A stretch of 64,000 nt of DNA, from NCBI RefSeq assembly GCF_022045235.1, contig NW_027266269.1, positions 21,948,001-22,012,000 on the forward strand, written 5' to 3'. Positions 53,272 through 64,000 of this stretch are shown one piece after another. The notes below the pieces were generated by a model, which had not been told where the DNA came from, made no database searches, and worked only from the letters and a program-made list of their open reading frames with translations. This DNA comes from Haliotis cracherodii. Taxonomy: Eukaryota. The position numbers were made by a program, and so were the translations under genes. How positions within the stretch are numbered: the stretch's first letter is position 1; every line of letters starts with the position of its first letter.

Positions 53272-56200
53272 GAGTTGTTTTCCCTGTTCCCATTGCTGCG
53301 GCCGTTAATGTTGCTGATGTTGTTGGCTCTGCTGTTTGTGGTGTGGGAGTTGTTGTCCCTATTGTGGATGTTGCAGCTGTTGGTGACGCAACTGATATTG
53401 TTGTTGTTGCTGATGTTGTAGTTTTGGAGAGGGAGTTGGTTCCATTATCCAGGGGTGACCTCTGAGTGCCGATTACATACAGTGAGGTACCGGGCTCTAT
53501 GGACTGAGCAAGCTTAACGGATGCTCCAACGTGATCTCGTCGGCCTGTTTGATCGGCGACAGATTCCACTGTCACTATGCTGGATGCGTCTGGATATGCA
53601 TGATGAGATTCAGGCTGCCCAGAAAGCCCAAGGGTAGCCTGTTCATTTGAACGAGTGGTGACTTCAACAATTGATTCTGCACTCTGGTATCTAGCCATAG
53701 GAAGAGATGTGATCTGAACATGCATCTGAGGCACCTTACTACTTGCAACAAATTGATGTGTAGAAGAAGCTGGTGGAGCCTCGTGATTGGCGACTGGTAG
53801 GGGAGTGACTCCACCAGGAGCGTGTAGAACCTGGTTACTGCCGGCTTCAAAAGGTGCTTGCGCGGCCTCGTGACTGGTGACTTGAAGAGGCGTAACTTCA
53901 ACAGGTCTTTGCACACCTTCGAGACTGGCAGGTAGTGATGGCACATTAACATGAGACTGTACACCTTCGTGTCTGACAGGTAGTGATGATACTTCAGCAG
54001 GTGCGTGTCCAGCGTCCTGGAAAGTGACGGGTAGTGATGCCACATTAACATGAGACTGTACACCTTCGTTTCTGGTGACAGGTAGTGATGATACTTCAGC
54101 AGGTGCGTGTCCAGCCTCTTGACTGACAGTGACAGGTAGTGATGATACTTCAACATGAGACTGTACACCTTCGTGTCTGGTGACAGGTAGTGATGATACT
54201 TCAGCAGGTGCGTGTCCAGCCTCTTGACTGACAGTGACGAGTAGTGATGATACTTCAACATGAGACTGTACACCTTCGTGTCTGACAGGTAGTGATGGTA
54301 CTTCAGCAGGTGCGTGTCCAGCCTCCTGACTGACAGTGACAGGTAGTGATGATACTTCAACATGAGACTGTACACCTTCGTGTCTGACAGGTAGTGATGA
54401 TACTTCAACATGAGATTGTACACCTTCGTGTCTGGTGACAGGTAGTGATGATACTTCAACATAAGATTGTACAATTTCGTGTCTGGTGACAGGTAGTGAT
54501 GATACTTTAGCAGGTGCGTGTCCAGCCTCCTGACTGAAAGTGACGGGTAGTGATGCCACATTAACATGAGACTGTACACCTTCGTGTCTGGTGACAGGTA
54601 GTGATGATACTTCAGCAGGTGCGTGTCCAGCCTCCTGACTGAAAGTGACGGGTAGTGATGCCACATTAACATGAGACTGTACACCTTCGTGTCTGGTGAC
54701 AGGTAGTGATGATACTTCAGCAGGTGCGTGTCCAGCCTCCTGACCGACAGTGACAGGTAGTGATGGCACATTAACATGAGATTGTACACCTTCGTGTCTG
54801 ACAGTTAGTGGTGATATTTCAGCAGGTGCGTGTCCAGCCTCCTGACTGAAAGTGACAGGGAGTGATGATACTTCAACATGAGACTGTACACCTTCGTGTC
54901 TGATAGGTAGTGATGGTACTTCAGCAGGTGCGTGTCCATCCACCTGACTGACAGTGACAGGTAGTGGTGATATTTCAGCAGGTGCGTGTCCAGCCTCCTG
55001 ACTGAAAGTGACAGGGAGTGATGATACTTCAACATGAGACTGTACACCTTCGTGTCTGGTGGCAGGTAGTGATGATACTTCAGCAGGTGCGTGTCCAGCC
55101 TCCTGACTGAAAGTGACAGGTAGTGATGATACATCAACACCAGACTGTACATCTTCGTATCTGGTGACAGGTAGTGATGATACTTCGGCAGGTGCGTGTA
55201 CAGCCTCCTGACTGACAGTGACGGGAAATGATGGCACATTAACATGAGACTGTACACCTTCGTGTCTGGTGACACGTAGTGATGATACTTCAGCAGGTGC
55301 GTGTCCAGCCTCCTGACTGACAGTGACGAGTAGTGATGGTACTTCAACATGAGACTGTACACCTTCGTGTCTGGTGGCAGGTAGTGATAATACTTCAGCA
55401 GGTGCGTGTCCAGCCTCCTGACTGAAAGTGACAGGTAGTGATGGCACATTAACATGAGATTGTTCACCTTCGTGTCTGGCAGGTAGTGGGGGCACTTCGG
55501 CAGCCTCGTGACGGACTGTGGCGGGTAGTGTTGTTACTTCGACAGGTGCGTCTACGACGTAATGACTCTCCGCCGGTATTGATGGTATTTCAGCAGGTAC
55601 ATGTCCAACCTTCTGATTGGCGAAAGGTAGAGATGATGCTTCAACAGGAGCGTGTACAACGTAGTGACTCTGGACAGGTGTTGATGGTATTTCAGCAGGG
55701 GCGTGTACAACGTTCTGATTGGCGAAAGGTAGAGATGATGCTTCAACAGGAGCGTGTACAACGTAGTGACTCTGGACAGGTGTTGATGGTATTTCAGCAG
55801 GGGCGTGTACAACGTTCTGATTGGCGAAAGGTAGAGATGATGCTTCAACAGGAGCGTGTACAACGTAGTGATTCTGGACAGGTGTTGATGGTATTTCAGC
55901 CGGGACGTGTACAACGTTCTGATTGGCGAAAGGTAGAGATGATGCTTCAACAGGAGCGTGTACAACATAGTGACTGCTGGCATGTGTTGACGGTATTTCA
56001 GCCAGTGGGTGTACAACGTTCTGACTAGCGACATACACAGATGGTACTTCAACAGGTGCGTATACAATCTTTTGACTGGCAACAGGCGGTGACAATATTT
56101 CAGCAGGTGCGTGTACAATCTTTTGACTGGCGACAGATACAGATGGTACTTCAACAGGCGCTAGTATAAAGTTTTGACTAGCAACAGCTGGTGACGATAC

Positions 56201-59200
56201 TTCAGCAGGCGCATGTGCAATCGTTTGAATGGCAACAGGTGTTGATGATACTTCAACAGGCGCGTCTGCAACGTTCTGACTGACGACAGATACAGATGGT
56301 ACTTCAACAGTTCCGTGTACAATCTTTTGACTTGTGACAGGTGGTGACGACACTTCAACAGTTCCGTGTACAATCTTTTGACTTGCGACAGATGGTGACG
56401 CTATTTCAGCAGGTGTGTGTACAATCTTTTGACTTGCGACAGGTGGTGACGACACTTCAAAAGGTCCGTGTACAATCATTTGACTTGCGACAGGTGGTGA
56501 CGCTATTTCAGCAGGTGCGTGTACAGTCTTTTGACTAGCCATGGGTGGTGACGACACTTCAGCTGGTGTGTGTACAATCTTTTGACTTGCGACAGGTGGT
56601 GACGAGACTTCAGCAGGTACTTGTACAATGTTGTCATTGGCGAGAGTCGGAGACGATCCCTCAGCATGTTCGTGTCCAACGTTGTGACTGGCGACAGGTG
56701 GTGACGATACTTCAGCAGGTGCATGTACAATCTTTTGACTTGCGACAGGTAGTGACGATACTTCAGCAGGTTCGTGTCCAACGTAATGACTGGCGACAGG
56801 TGGTGACGATACTTCAGCAGGTTCGTGTCCAACGTTATGACTGGCGACAGGTGGTGACGATACTTCAGCAGGTTCGTGTCCAACGTTATGACTGGCGACA
56901 GGTGGTGACGATGCTTCAGCAGGTTCGTGTCCAACGTTATGACTGGCGACAGGTGGTGACGATACTTCAGCAGGTGCGTGTACAATCTTTTGACTTGCGA
57001 CAGGTAGTGACGATACTTCAGCAGGTTCGTGTCCATCGTAATGACTGGCGACAGGTGGTGACGATACTTCAGCAGGTGCATGTACAATCTTTTGACTAGC
57101 AACAGGCACAAATGGCACTTCCGCAGTTACCTGTACAATGTTGTCCTTGGCGACAGTAGGAGACGATACCTCAGCAGGTGTGTGTACAATCATTTGACTT
57201 GCGACAGGTGGTGACGGCACTTCAACAGGTGCGTGTACAATCTTTTGACTTGCGACAGGTGGATACGATACTTCAGCAGGTGCGTGAACAATCTTTTGAC
57301 CTTCGACAGGTGGCGACGATACTTCAGCAGGTGTGTGTACAATCGTTTGACTTGCGAAAGGTGGTGACGACACTTCAGCAGGTGCGTGTACAATCTTTTG
57401 ACTTGCGATTGGTGGATACGATACTTCAGCAGGTGCGTGTACAATCGTTTGACTTGCGACAGGTGGTGACGATACTTCTACAGGTGCGTGTACAATCTTT
57501 TGACTTGCGACAGGTGGTGACGATACTTCAGCAGGTGCGTGAACAATCTTTTGACTTGCGACAGGTAGTGACGATACTTCAGCAGGTTCTTGTCCAACGT
57601 TATGACTGGCGACAGGTGGTGACGATACTTCAGCAGGTGCATGTACAATCTTTTGACTAGCAACCGGCACAAATGGCACTTCAGCAGGTGCATGTACAAT
57701 GTTGTCCTTGGCGACCGTCGGAGAAGATACCTCAGTAGGTGTGTGTACAATCATTTGACTTGCGACAGTCGGTGACGGCACTTCAACAGGTGCATGTACA
57801 ATCTTTTCACTTGCGACAGGCGATGACGCTATTTCAACAGGTGCGTGTACAATCTTTTGATTTGCGACATGTGGTGACGATACTTCAGCAGGTGCGTGTA
57901 CAATCGTTTGACTTGCGAAAGGTGGTGACGACACTTCAACAGGTGCGTGTACAATCGTTTGACTTGCGAAAGGTGGTGACGATACTTCAGCAGGTGCATG
58001 TACAATCTTTTGACTAGCAACAGGCACAAATGGCACTTCAGCAGGTACCTGTACAATGTTGTCCTTGGCGACAGTCGGAGAAGATACCTCAGCAGGTGTG
58101 TGTATAATCATTTGACTTGCGACAGGTGGTGAAGACACTTCAACAGGTGCGTGTACAATCTTTTGACTTGCGATTGGTGGATACGATACTTCAGCAGGTG
58201 CGTGAACAATATTTTGACTTGCGACAGGTGGTGACGATACTTCTACAGGTGCGTGTACAATCTTTTGACTTGCGACAGGTGGATACGATACTTCAGCAGG
58301 TGCGTGAACAATCTTTTGACTTGCGACAGGTGGATACGATACTTCTACAGGTGCGTGAACAATCTTTTGACTTGCGACAGGTGGATACGATACTTCAGCA
58401 GGTGCGTGTACAATCTTTTGACTTGTGACAGGTGGTGACGATACTTCAGCAGGTGCGTGAACAATCTTTTGACTTGCGACAGGCGATGACGCTATTTCAG
58501 CAGGTGCGTGAACAATCTTTTGACTTGCGACAGGTAGCGACGATATTTCAGCAGGTGTGTGTACAATCTTTTGACTTGCGATAGGTGGATACGATACTTC
58601 AGCAGGTGCGTGTACAATCATTTGACTTGCGACAGGTGGTGAAGACACTTCAACAGGTGCGTGTACAATCTTTTGACTTGCGATTGGTGGATACGATACT
58701 TCAGCAGGTGCGTGTACAATCATTTGACTTGCGACAGGTGGTGAAGACACTTCAACAGGTGCGTGTACAATCTTTTGACTTGCGACAGGTGGATACGATA
58801 CTTCAGCAGGTGCGTGAACAATATTTTGACTTGCGACAGGTGGTGACGATACTTCTACAGGTGCGTGTACAATCTTTTGACTTGGGAAAGGTGGTGACGA
58901 TACTTCTACAGGTGCGTGTACAATCTTTTGACTTGCGACAGGTGGAGACGATACTTCAGCAGGTGCGTGTACAATCGTTTGACTTGCGAAAGGTGGTGAC
59001 GATACTTCAGCAGGTGCGTGAACAATATTTTGACTTGCAACAGGTAGTGACGATACTTCAGCAGGTGCGTGAACAATCGTTTGACTTGCGACAGGTGGTG
59101 ACGATACTTCTACCGGTGCGTGTACAATCGTTTGACTTGCGACAGGCGATGACGCTATTTCAGCAGGTGTGTGTACAATCGTTTGACTAGCGACAGGTAG

Positions 59201-62200
59201 CGACGATACTTCAGCAGGTCCGTGTACAATCTTTTGATTTGCGACAGGTAGTGACGATACTTCAGCAGGTTCGTGTCCAACGTTGTGACTGGCGACAGGT
59301 GGTGACGATACTTCAGCAGGTGCATGTACAATCGTTTGACTAACAACAGGCACAAATGGCACTTCAGTAGGTACTTGTACAATGTTGTCATTGGCGACAG
59401 GTGGAAACGATACTTCAGCAGGTGCGTGTACAATCGTTTGACTAGCGACAGGTAGAGACGATACTTCAGTAGGTGCGTTTACAATCGTTTGAATAGGGAC
59501 AGGTAGCGACGATACTTCAGAAGGTGCGTATACAATCGTTTGACCTGCGACGGGTGGTGACGATGCTTCAGCAGGTGTGTGAACAACGTTGTGGCTAGCG
59601 ACAGGTGGTGACGATGCTTCAGCAGGTGTGTGAACAACGTTGTGGCTAGCGACAGGTGGTGACGATGCTTCAGCAGGTGTGTGTACAACCTTGTGACTTG
59701 CGACAGGTGGTGTCGATACTTCAGCAGATGTGTGTACAACCTTGTGGCTAGCGACAGGTGGTGACGACACTTCAGCAGATATGTATACAACCTTGTGGCT
59801 AGCGACAGGTGGTGACGACACTTCAGCAGATATGTGTACAACCTTGTGGCTAGCGACAGGTGGTGACGATACTTCAGCAGGTGTGTGTACAACGTTGTGA
59901 CTAGCGACTGATGGTGACGATGCTTCAGCAGATGTGTGTACAACGTTGTGACTAGCGACTGATGGTGACGATGCTTCAGCAGATGTGTGTACAACCTTGT
60001 GGCTAGCGACAGGTGGTGACGATACTTCAGCAGGTGTGTGAACAACCTTGTAACTAGCGACAGGTGGTGTAGATACTTCAGCAGGTGTGTTTTCAACCTT
60101 GTGACTGGCGACAGGCGGTAGTGGTACTTCAATAGTTGCTTGTAGGTCTTGTTGACTGGTCGTAGGAAGAGGTTGTACGGCAGGCGAGTGTTTAACAGAT
60201 TGTTGAAGTCCCTGAATATTGTCGACAGGTAGAGATGTAACCCCAGCTCTGGTCTGGGATCCCATGTGGCTGACTGGGAGGTCTGTGACTCCCACCTGGG
60301 ATTGTATTGGTTGTAGACGTTGATGACCTTCCTGGTTTAATGTAGTCTCTGATTTGATGCTGGATGCAGGATGCACAGGAACAGTCTCAGGTATTGGTGT
60401 CGTGTTGGCACTTTGGGGCTCTGGTTGTATCTGTGTCGTCCCTGGAGGCACTTGAGGCGGCCTGGCGTTGTTGTCAGACATGGCGTGAGTATGAGGCAGA
60501 GATTGGAGGCCACTTGGCGGCTGGGAGTCAGTATATGGATCGCTGGGTCCTAGAGGTATGCTTGTTACTGCCTTACTTGGCATTGGTGTCGTGTTGGCAC
60601 TTTGGGGCTCTGGTTGTGTCCCTGGAGACACTGGTGGCGGCCTGGCGTTGTTGTCAGACTTGGCGTGTGTATGAGACAGAGATTGGAGGTCACTTGGCGG
60701 CTGGGAGTCAGTATATGGATCGCTGGGTCCTAGGGGTATGCTTGTTACTACCTTACTAGGCATTGGTGTCATGTTTGCACTTAGGGGCTCCGGTTGTGTC
60801 CCTGGAGGCACTGGTGGCGGCCTGGCGTTGTTGTCAGACTTGGCGTGAGTATGAGACAGAGATTGGAGGCCACGTAGCGGCTGGGAGTCAGTATATGGAT
60901 CGCTGGGTCCTAGAGGTATGCTTGTTACTACCTTACTTGGCATTGGTGTCGTGTTGGCACTTTGGGGCTCTGGTTGTGTCCCTGGAGGCACTGGTGGCGG
61001 CCTGGCGTTGTGGTCAGACTTGGCGTGAGTATGAGACAGAGATTGGAGGCCACTTAGCGGCTGGGAGTCAGTATATGGATCGCTGGGTCCTAGAGGTATG
61101 CTTGGTACTGCCTTACTAGGCATTGATGTCGTGTTGGCACTTTGGGGCTCTGGTTGTGTCTGTGTCGTCCCCGGGTGCACTTGAGGCGGTCTGGCGTTGT
61201 GGTCAGACTTGGCGTGAGTATGAGACAGAGATTGGAGGCCACTTGGCGGCTGGAAGTTAGTATAAGGATCGCTGGGTCCTAGAGGCACTGGCATGCTAGT
61301 TACTGCCTTACTAGGCATTGGTAGCACCGGTGATTGAGGAGGCACATGTGATTGTAACATAGGGGAAGGTGCTGCCGTTGTTCTAGAAGACTGACTAGAT
61401 AGGCTAGTGATTGGAGAAGCTGGAGGCGTAATTCGGTTTTCAGTACTTCCTAGTGTCACTCCAGAATCAGATGCAGCGTTCAATGACGGGGTGGCAGTAT
61501 CCACGGGCACAAATGCTGTTTCGGGAGTAGTACTAGGAATGATAGGTACCGCTGACGTAAAACCTGGGTTGAGATTTAAGGAAGCACCAATGTGTGTTTC
61601 GGCCTGATCTACAGGGGTAACTGCTGCACTGACACCGGGTATCGTGGTACCCTTTGGAGTGGGGTTCTCTCCAGGTATTTTAAGTCCAAGTCCTTTCGAG
61701 GATTTGCGAGCAGCAGCTTTAGTAGACAGATAATGCAAACTTCGTACAATGGATTTGATTGCAGCTGGCGAAGCATTTGGAAATTTAACAGACACTTGTT
61801 GAAATATGCGTTGAATTTGTCCAGAAAGAGGGGCAACTTTGGAGCTTGTGACAATCCTTCTAGTATTACCCCTATTCTCAGCAACAGCCAATTGTTTTGA
61901 TGGAGCTTGCACATAATTATCAACCCTTTTGGGTGTTGGTGGTTCTGATGGCGTTTGCACATTATTATACGTCCTTGTAAATGTCGATTGCTTCGATGGA
62001 GCTTGCACATACATGTCCGTCGTTTTAGGTGGCCCTGTCTCTGATGGAGCTTGCACATAAGGGTACGCCATTTTTGGTGTCAATGGCTCTGATGGCGTTT
62101 GCACATAACCATTCGTCCTTGTTGTTGTCGATAGCTTTGATGGAACTTGTACATAACTGTCCGTCATTTTTGGTGTCGATGGCTCTGTTTGAGCTTGCAC

Positions 62201-63553
62201 ATAAGTGTTCATCCTTTTAGGTGTCGATGGTTTTGATTGTGCTTGAGCGTAATTATTAATCGTGTTTGGTGTAATTGGGATTGACGGAGCTTTCACATAA
62301 TTATTAATCCTATTTCGTGTCGACATAGTCCTAGACATATCACCAGGTAGTTTTCTGCTTCTCTTTGTAGATAATGGGTTAACTGAATTCTCATTCGAGT
62401 TTGAAAACGCCTGTTCAGCAAACATGTTTCGTCCATTGCCATGGAAGTCGATATCTCCAAGTTGCGTTGCCAATGTTTCACTTTGTATCCCATTCCGTCG
62501 TCTTGTGGCTACCTTCTGTCTATTCAAGTTCATAGCTTTTGACTTTGCCTGTGGAGGGACCTGGGTTCCTAAACGCACTGGTCTGGTATTAGCACGTGAA
62601 TTGGGAGATGGTAGCCTTGTTGAAGCGGATGATAGTCCACGTTGTGATGGAATCTTGATAGATGAAGGGTTCCCAACCAGCGCAGGTCTCCGAGCTCTCC
62701 CAGCTGGTTGGGAAACATCAGATCTCCCCTTAAAACCATTTGCATTCTTACGTTGTTCAGGAGTGGCATTTGTCCTTGGTCTTATGAAACCCGAATTAGC
62801 ATTAGCCCTACTTGGGAACCGAAAACGCCGTGGAGACTTTATCTCAGTACCATTTGGAGACGGCTCTTTGTGTTCAGGTTCTGAAACTTGCGGACGCATT
62901 TTGTTGACTGACTGTCTGGTGTTAGTCCTTCTTGCTGAGGGCCTAACATTTCTGAGAGGAACTTGTGTCTTCTTACCTTGTTGCCTCCTCAGCTGACTAC
63001 TTCTCAACATGGCCCTCCTCCGCGTCTCCCGTACAGCCTGTCTACGCCTTGAGGCGACATCGTTAACAACACGTCCACGTACAACTGGTCTTGATGTCAA
63101 GCGACTGCTTGTTCTTTGGGCTGTTCTTGTGGCTGTTCTTGTGGCTGTTCTTGTGGCTGTTCTTGGGGATGTTCTTTGGGCTGTTCTTGGGGCTGTTCTT
63201 GGGGCTGTTCTTGGGCCTGTTCTAGTGTTGACTCCACTAACGAAATTTTCTCTTCGGCGTCGTTGATCAATTCGTTGCTGTGACGACCGCATATGTTGAC
63301 CAGCCCTTTGTTTCGAGGCGCTTCTGATTTCTGAATCAACATCTTCATTCCGAGTTTGGCCAGTCTCAGTTTTTCCCTTTTCTGCGGTGAATCTACTCGG
63401 TGTACCTTGGGGTGGATTAAATCTTGCGGTAACAGATCCGGGTCCAAATGCACTGTTTGACCTTTCTGTGCCTGGCCATCTTCGCCCAGGGTATTGGGCG
63501 TAGCACGCGCGTAGCACGAGCAGAACGCATGCGACAGCGCCCAGCACATGCAT
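16880..63553 (-). CDS. Giant secreted multi-block low-complexity (mucin-like/structural) protein, 7 coding exons, predicted 10,676 aa
   Basis: Six GT-AG introns read from the sequence with matching phases (0,1,0,0,1,0). Exon lengths 12852+73+5828+2820+9895+254+309 = 32031 nt, divisible by 3. Signal-peptide-like N-terminus; TGA at 16882-16880. Extra small symmetric exons cannot be excluded. Confidence 0.82.
17731..18521 (-). mobile_element. Family A SINE split by a TTAA-specific MITE
   Basis: Tail and body at 17731-17870; 5' A-box part at 18499-18521. Confidence 0.8.
17875..18494. mobile_element. Kolobok-like non-autonomous DNA transposon
   Basis: TTAA TSD at 17871-17874 and 18495-18498; imperfect TIR aggggaagtgtacacgcaaaaat / atttccgtgtgaacttgccct; internal inverted repeat near 18043 and 18271. 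Confidence 0.8.
18572..18825 (-). CDS. Exon 6 (254 nt): includes amphipathic segment [19 protein letters not shown]
   Basis: Acceptor ttctgtccttacacag|GT (phase 1); donor GTC|gtaagt (phase 0). A second in-frame donor TTT|gtaagc lies 18 nt further on. Confidence 0.8.
18865..19735. repeat. Intronic minisatellite, about 165-bp unit x5, composed of about 33-bp subrepeats
   Basis: ttcaccgtatt recurs at about 18867, 19033, 19199, 19363 and 19528. Confidence 0.9.
20053..20320 (+). mobile_element. SINE-like element, family C (no tRNA head; structured 5' end; (AAAC)n tail)
   Basis: Homologous copy at 47246-47514; 3' fragments at 6140-6208 and 14860-15005; tail shared with families A and B. Confidence 0.8.
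20694..30588 (-). CDS. Exon 5 (9,895 nt): Gly/Ser/Thr, SQSG, QQAAT and 20-aa [20 protein letters not shown] repeat blocks
   Basis: 3148-aa ORF plus 153 open codons upstream, checked by hand. Acceptor tttctctctttacttatag|GTA (phase 0); donor G|gtaagt (phase 1). Confidence 0.88.
20900..23150 (-). repeat. Coding 60-bp tandem repeat (20 aa), about 37 copies
   Basis: Rows align exactly at a 60-bp period; unit [20 protein letters not shown]. Confidence 0.95.
32110..34929 (-). CDS. Exon 4 (2,820 nt): Thr/Ser-rich, two Cys-containing helical motifs
   Basis: 926-aa ORF extended 18 codons upstream. Acceptor ttttatcgccactgtag|GAT (phase 0); donor CTT|gtacgt (phase 0). Confidence 0.83.
35025..36166. 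repeat. Intronic 51-bp minisatellite, about 22 highly similar copies
   Basis: Unit gcgatgtatcggcacatatgctggtaccttcatcaagcttacattttcaaa. Confidence 0.95.
37435..37605 (+). mobile_element. Family A SINE (diverged)
   Basis: ggggcggtgggg... head, ggttcgattcc B-box, (ACTC)n tail. Confidence 0.85.
38200..38429 (+). mobile_element. 3' part of a family D SINE
   Basis: Matches 48020-48200, including the (CA)n tract and (CACCT)n tail. Confidence 0.75.
39093..39271. mobile_element. Tc1/pogo-type MITE with TA TSD
   Basis: TA|cagtaaactacggttgtaacgaac ... gttcgttataaccgtagtttactg|TA. Confidence 0.88.
39624..39880 (-). mobile_element. tRNA-derived SINE, family B
   Basis: Colinear with 5881-6118; B-box GGTTCGAATCC; (ACTC)n tail. 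Confidence 0.75.
40168..45995 (-). CDS. Exon 3 (5,828 nt): Ala/Thr/Asp, 27-aa and 8-aa Thr/Ala/Gly repeat blocks
   Basis: 1936-aa ORF. Acceptor tcttctgtttcccag|GT (phase 1); donor ACT|gtaagt (phase 0). Confidence 0.88.
41530..43200 (-). repeat. Coding 81-bp tandem repeat (27 aa, [27 protein letters not shown]), about 20 copies
   Basis: cttgaacagtggaagtaccc recurs every 81 bp. Confidence 0.95.
46609..47124 (+). mobile_element. pearl/CvA-like (Helentron-associated) non-autonomous element
   Basis: Starts aacaagag followed by the palindrome gtgctctgagagcac; internal diverged repeats (atattctctggaaactg x2); (ACGG/ACAG)n microsatellite at 47044-47070; 3' hairpin atcccc...ggggat. Confidence 0.65.
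47246..47514 (+). mobile_element. SINE-like element, family C
   Basis: Colinear with 20053-20320; (AAAC)n tail. Confidence 0.8.
47851..48200 (+). mobile_element. Full-length tRNA-derived SINE, family D (Meta/RUDI-like core), with 18-bp TSD
   Basis: A-box tggtctagtgg; B-box ggttcgatccc; core gtcataccaaa...aaaagatggtacttg...tggcgctcagcattaaaggg; TSD ctcaccttttcgcgaacg at 47833-47850 and 48201-48218. Core name is from memory. Confidence 0.85.
48341..48413 (-). CDS. Exon 2, 73-nt micro-exon ([24 protein letters not shown]+G)
   Basis: Acceptor ttatcgttttctacag|AAC and donor CAAG|gtatgt. Phase 0 in, phase 1 out, exactly bridging the exon 1 donor and exon 3 acceptor. S/T/G/A-rich like the rest of the protein. 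Confidence 0.82.
50487..50595. repeat. 16-bp minisatellite (gaaatcaataatgact) about 7 copies
   Basis: Directly visible tandem repeat about 100 nt into intron 1. Confidence 0.9.
50702..63553 (-). CDS. Exon 1 (12,852 nt): signal peptide, Arg-rich head, Pro/Ser repeats, His-Val-Pro-Glu 17-aa repeats, His/Tyr/Met repeats
   Basis: Lies in the 4335-aa ORF. ATG at 63553 starts [19 protein letters not shown]|QYP (hydrophobic core, small residues at -3/-1). Donor AAG|GTACGT at 50702/50701, phase 0. Confidence 0.88.
55560..60110 (-). repeat. Coding 51-bp tandem repeat (17 aa, [17 protein letters not shown]), about 90 copies
   Basis: Visible in both DNA and translation of exon 1. Confidence 0.95.
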
Positions 63554-63669
63554 ATTTGCGCTGGTTCCCGAATCGGTGGTATATTTCAGTAGATATTTTG
63601 TGCTCGGGAAATACAGTGTGCACTTGACCACTAACTCAGGAGAAAACAAAGTGACCAATGTAAACAACA

Positions 63670-63805
63670 CTATAAATACTATACCTCACAAGACCATCAA
63701 TCATGCTCACGTTGCAAAGACGCAATCAATAATACATGTTAGGGGAAAGAAACAATGAAACGTAAGCCCCGAACATGAATGACGAATCTCACCATTGTGA
63801 CGTCA
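63670..63805 (-). promoter_or_regulatory. Candidate proximal promoter of the giant gene (TATTTATA element and CRE palindrome TGACGTCA)
   Basis: Minus-strand TATTTATA near 63678-63671, about 120 nt upstream of the ATG; perfect TGACGTCA at 63798-63805. Short motifs only. Confidence 0.3.
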
Positions 63806-64000
63806 TGTGATTGTGCAAGAGTTCATAATGGTTATAAACACGTACATTGCACCTTTTGGGCAGATTGGGGATGTCTTACTAGTGCTTATAATTTATAGTC
63901 GTTAGTAGCGAAATGTCAGTAATCTGACACCTTATTCATGACGGTAACATGAGTTTTGGAGGGCGTTTATGGGGAGGGGATGTGCTCACGTATTGTCACG

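Noticed and set aside
63554-63670. ORF-track start at 63670 for the 4335-aa ORF
   Set aside because: Non-ATG start. The first in-frame ATG (63553) directly begins a signal peptide.

Overview
Eukaryotic (animal) genomic DNA, most likely a gastropod mollusc. The SINE tails resemble those I recall from abalone/Haliotis; this is inference only. No prokaryotic features. The four giant minus-strand ORFs in the track appear to be exons of ONE gene. Reading splice sites by hand gives a 7-exon model in which all six introns are GT-AG and phase-compatible: 63553-50702, 48413-48341 (a 73-nt micro-exon whose coding frame is not in the ORF track), 45995-40168, 34929-32110, 30588-20694, 18825-18572 and 17188-16880. 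The CDS is 32,031 nt (10,676 aa, about 1 MDa). The predicted product has a signal peptide, an Arg-rich head, more than a dozen chemically distinct tandem-repeat blocks (His/Val/Pro/Glu, His/Tyr/Met, Ala/Thr/Asp, Gly/Ser/Thr, Gln/Ala, Asn/Tyr), three lone Cys in a repeated amphipathic motif and a C-terminal 8-Cys module. It looks like a secreted 'block-copolymer' structural, mucus or adhesive protein that I cannot assign to a named family. The rest of the window is repeats: a decayed RTE-X-like LINE, a dead Tc1/mariner transposase, four SINE families (several with TSDs and nested insertions), MITEs, a pearl/Helentron-like element, palindromic arrays and intronic minisatellites.
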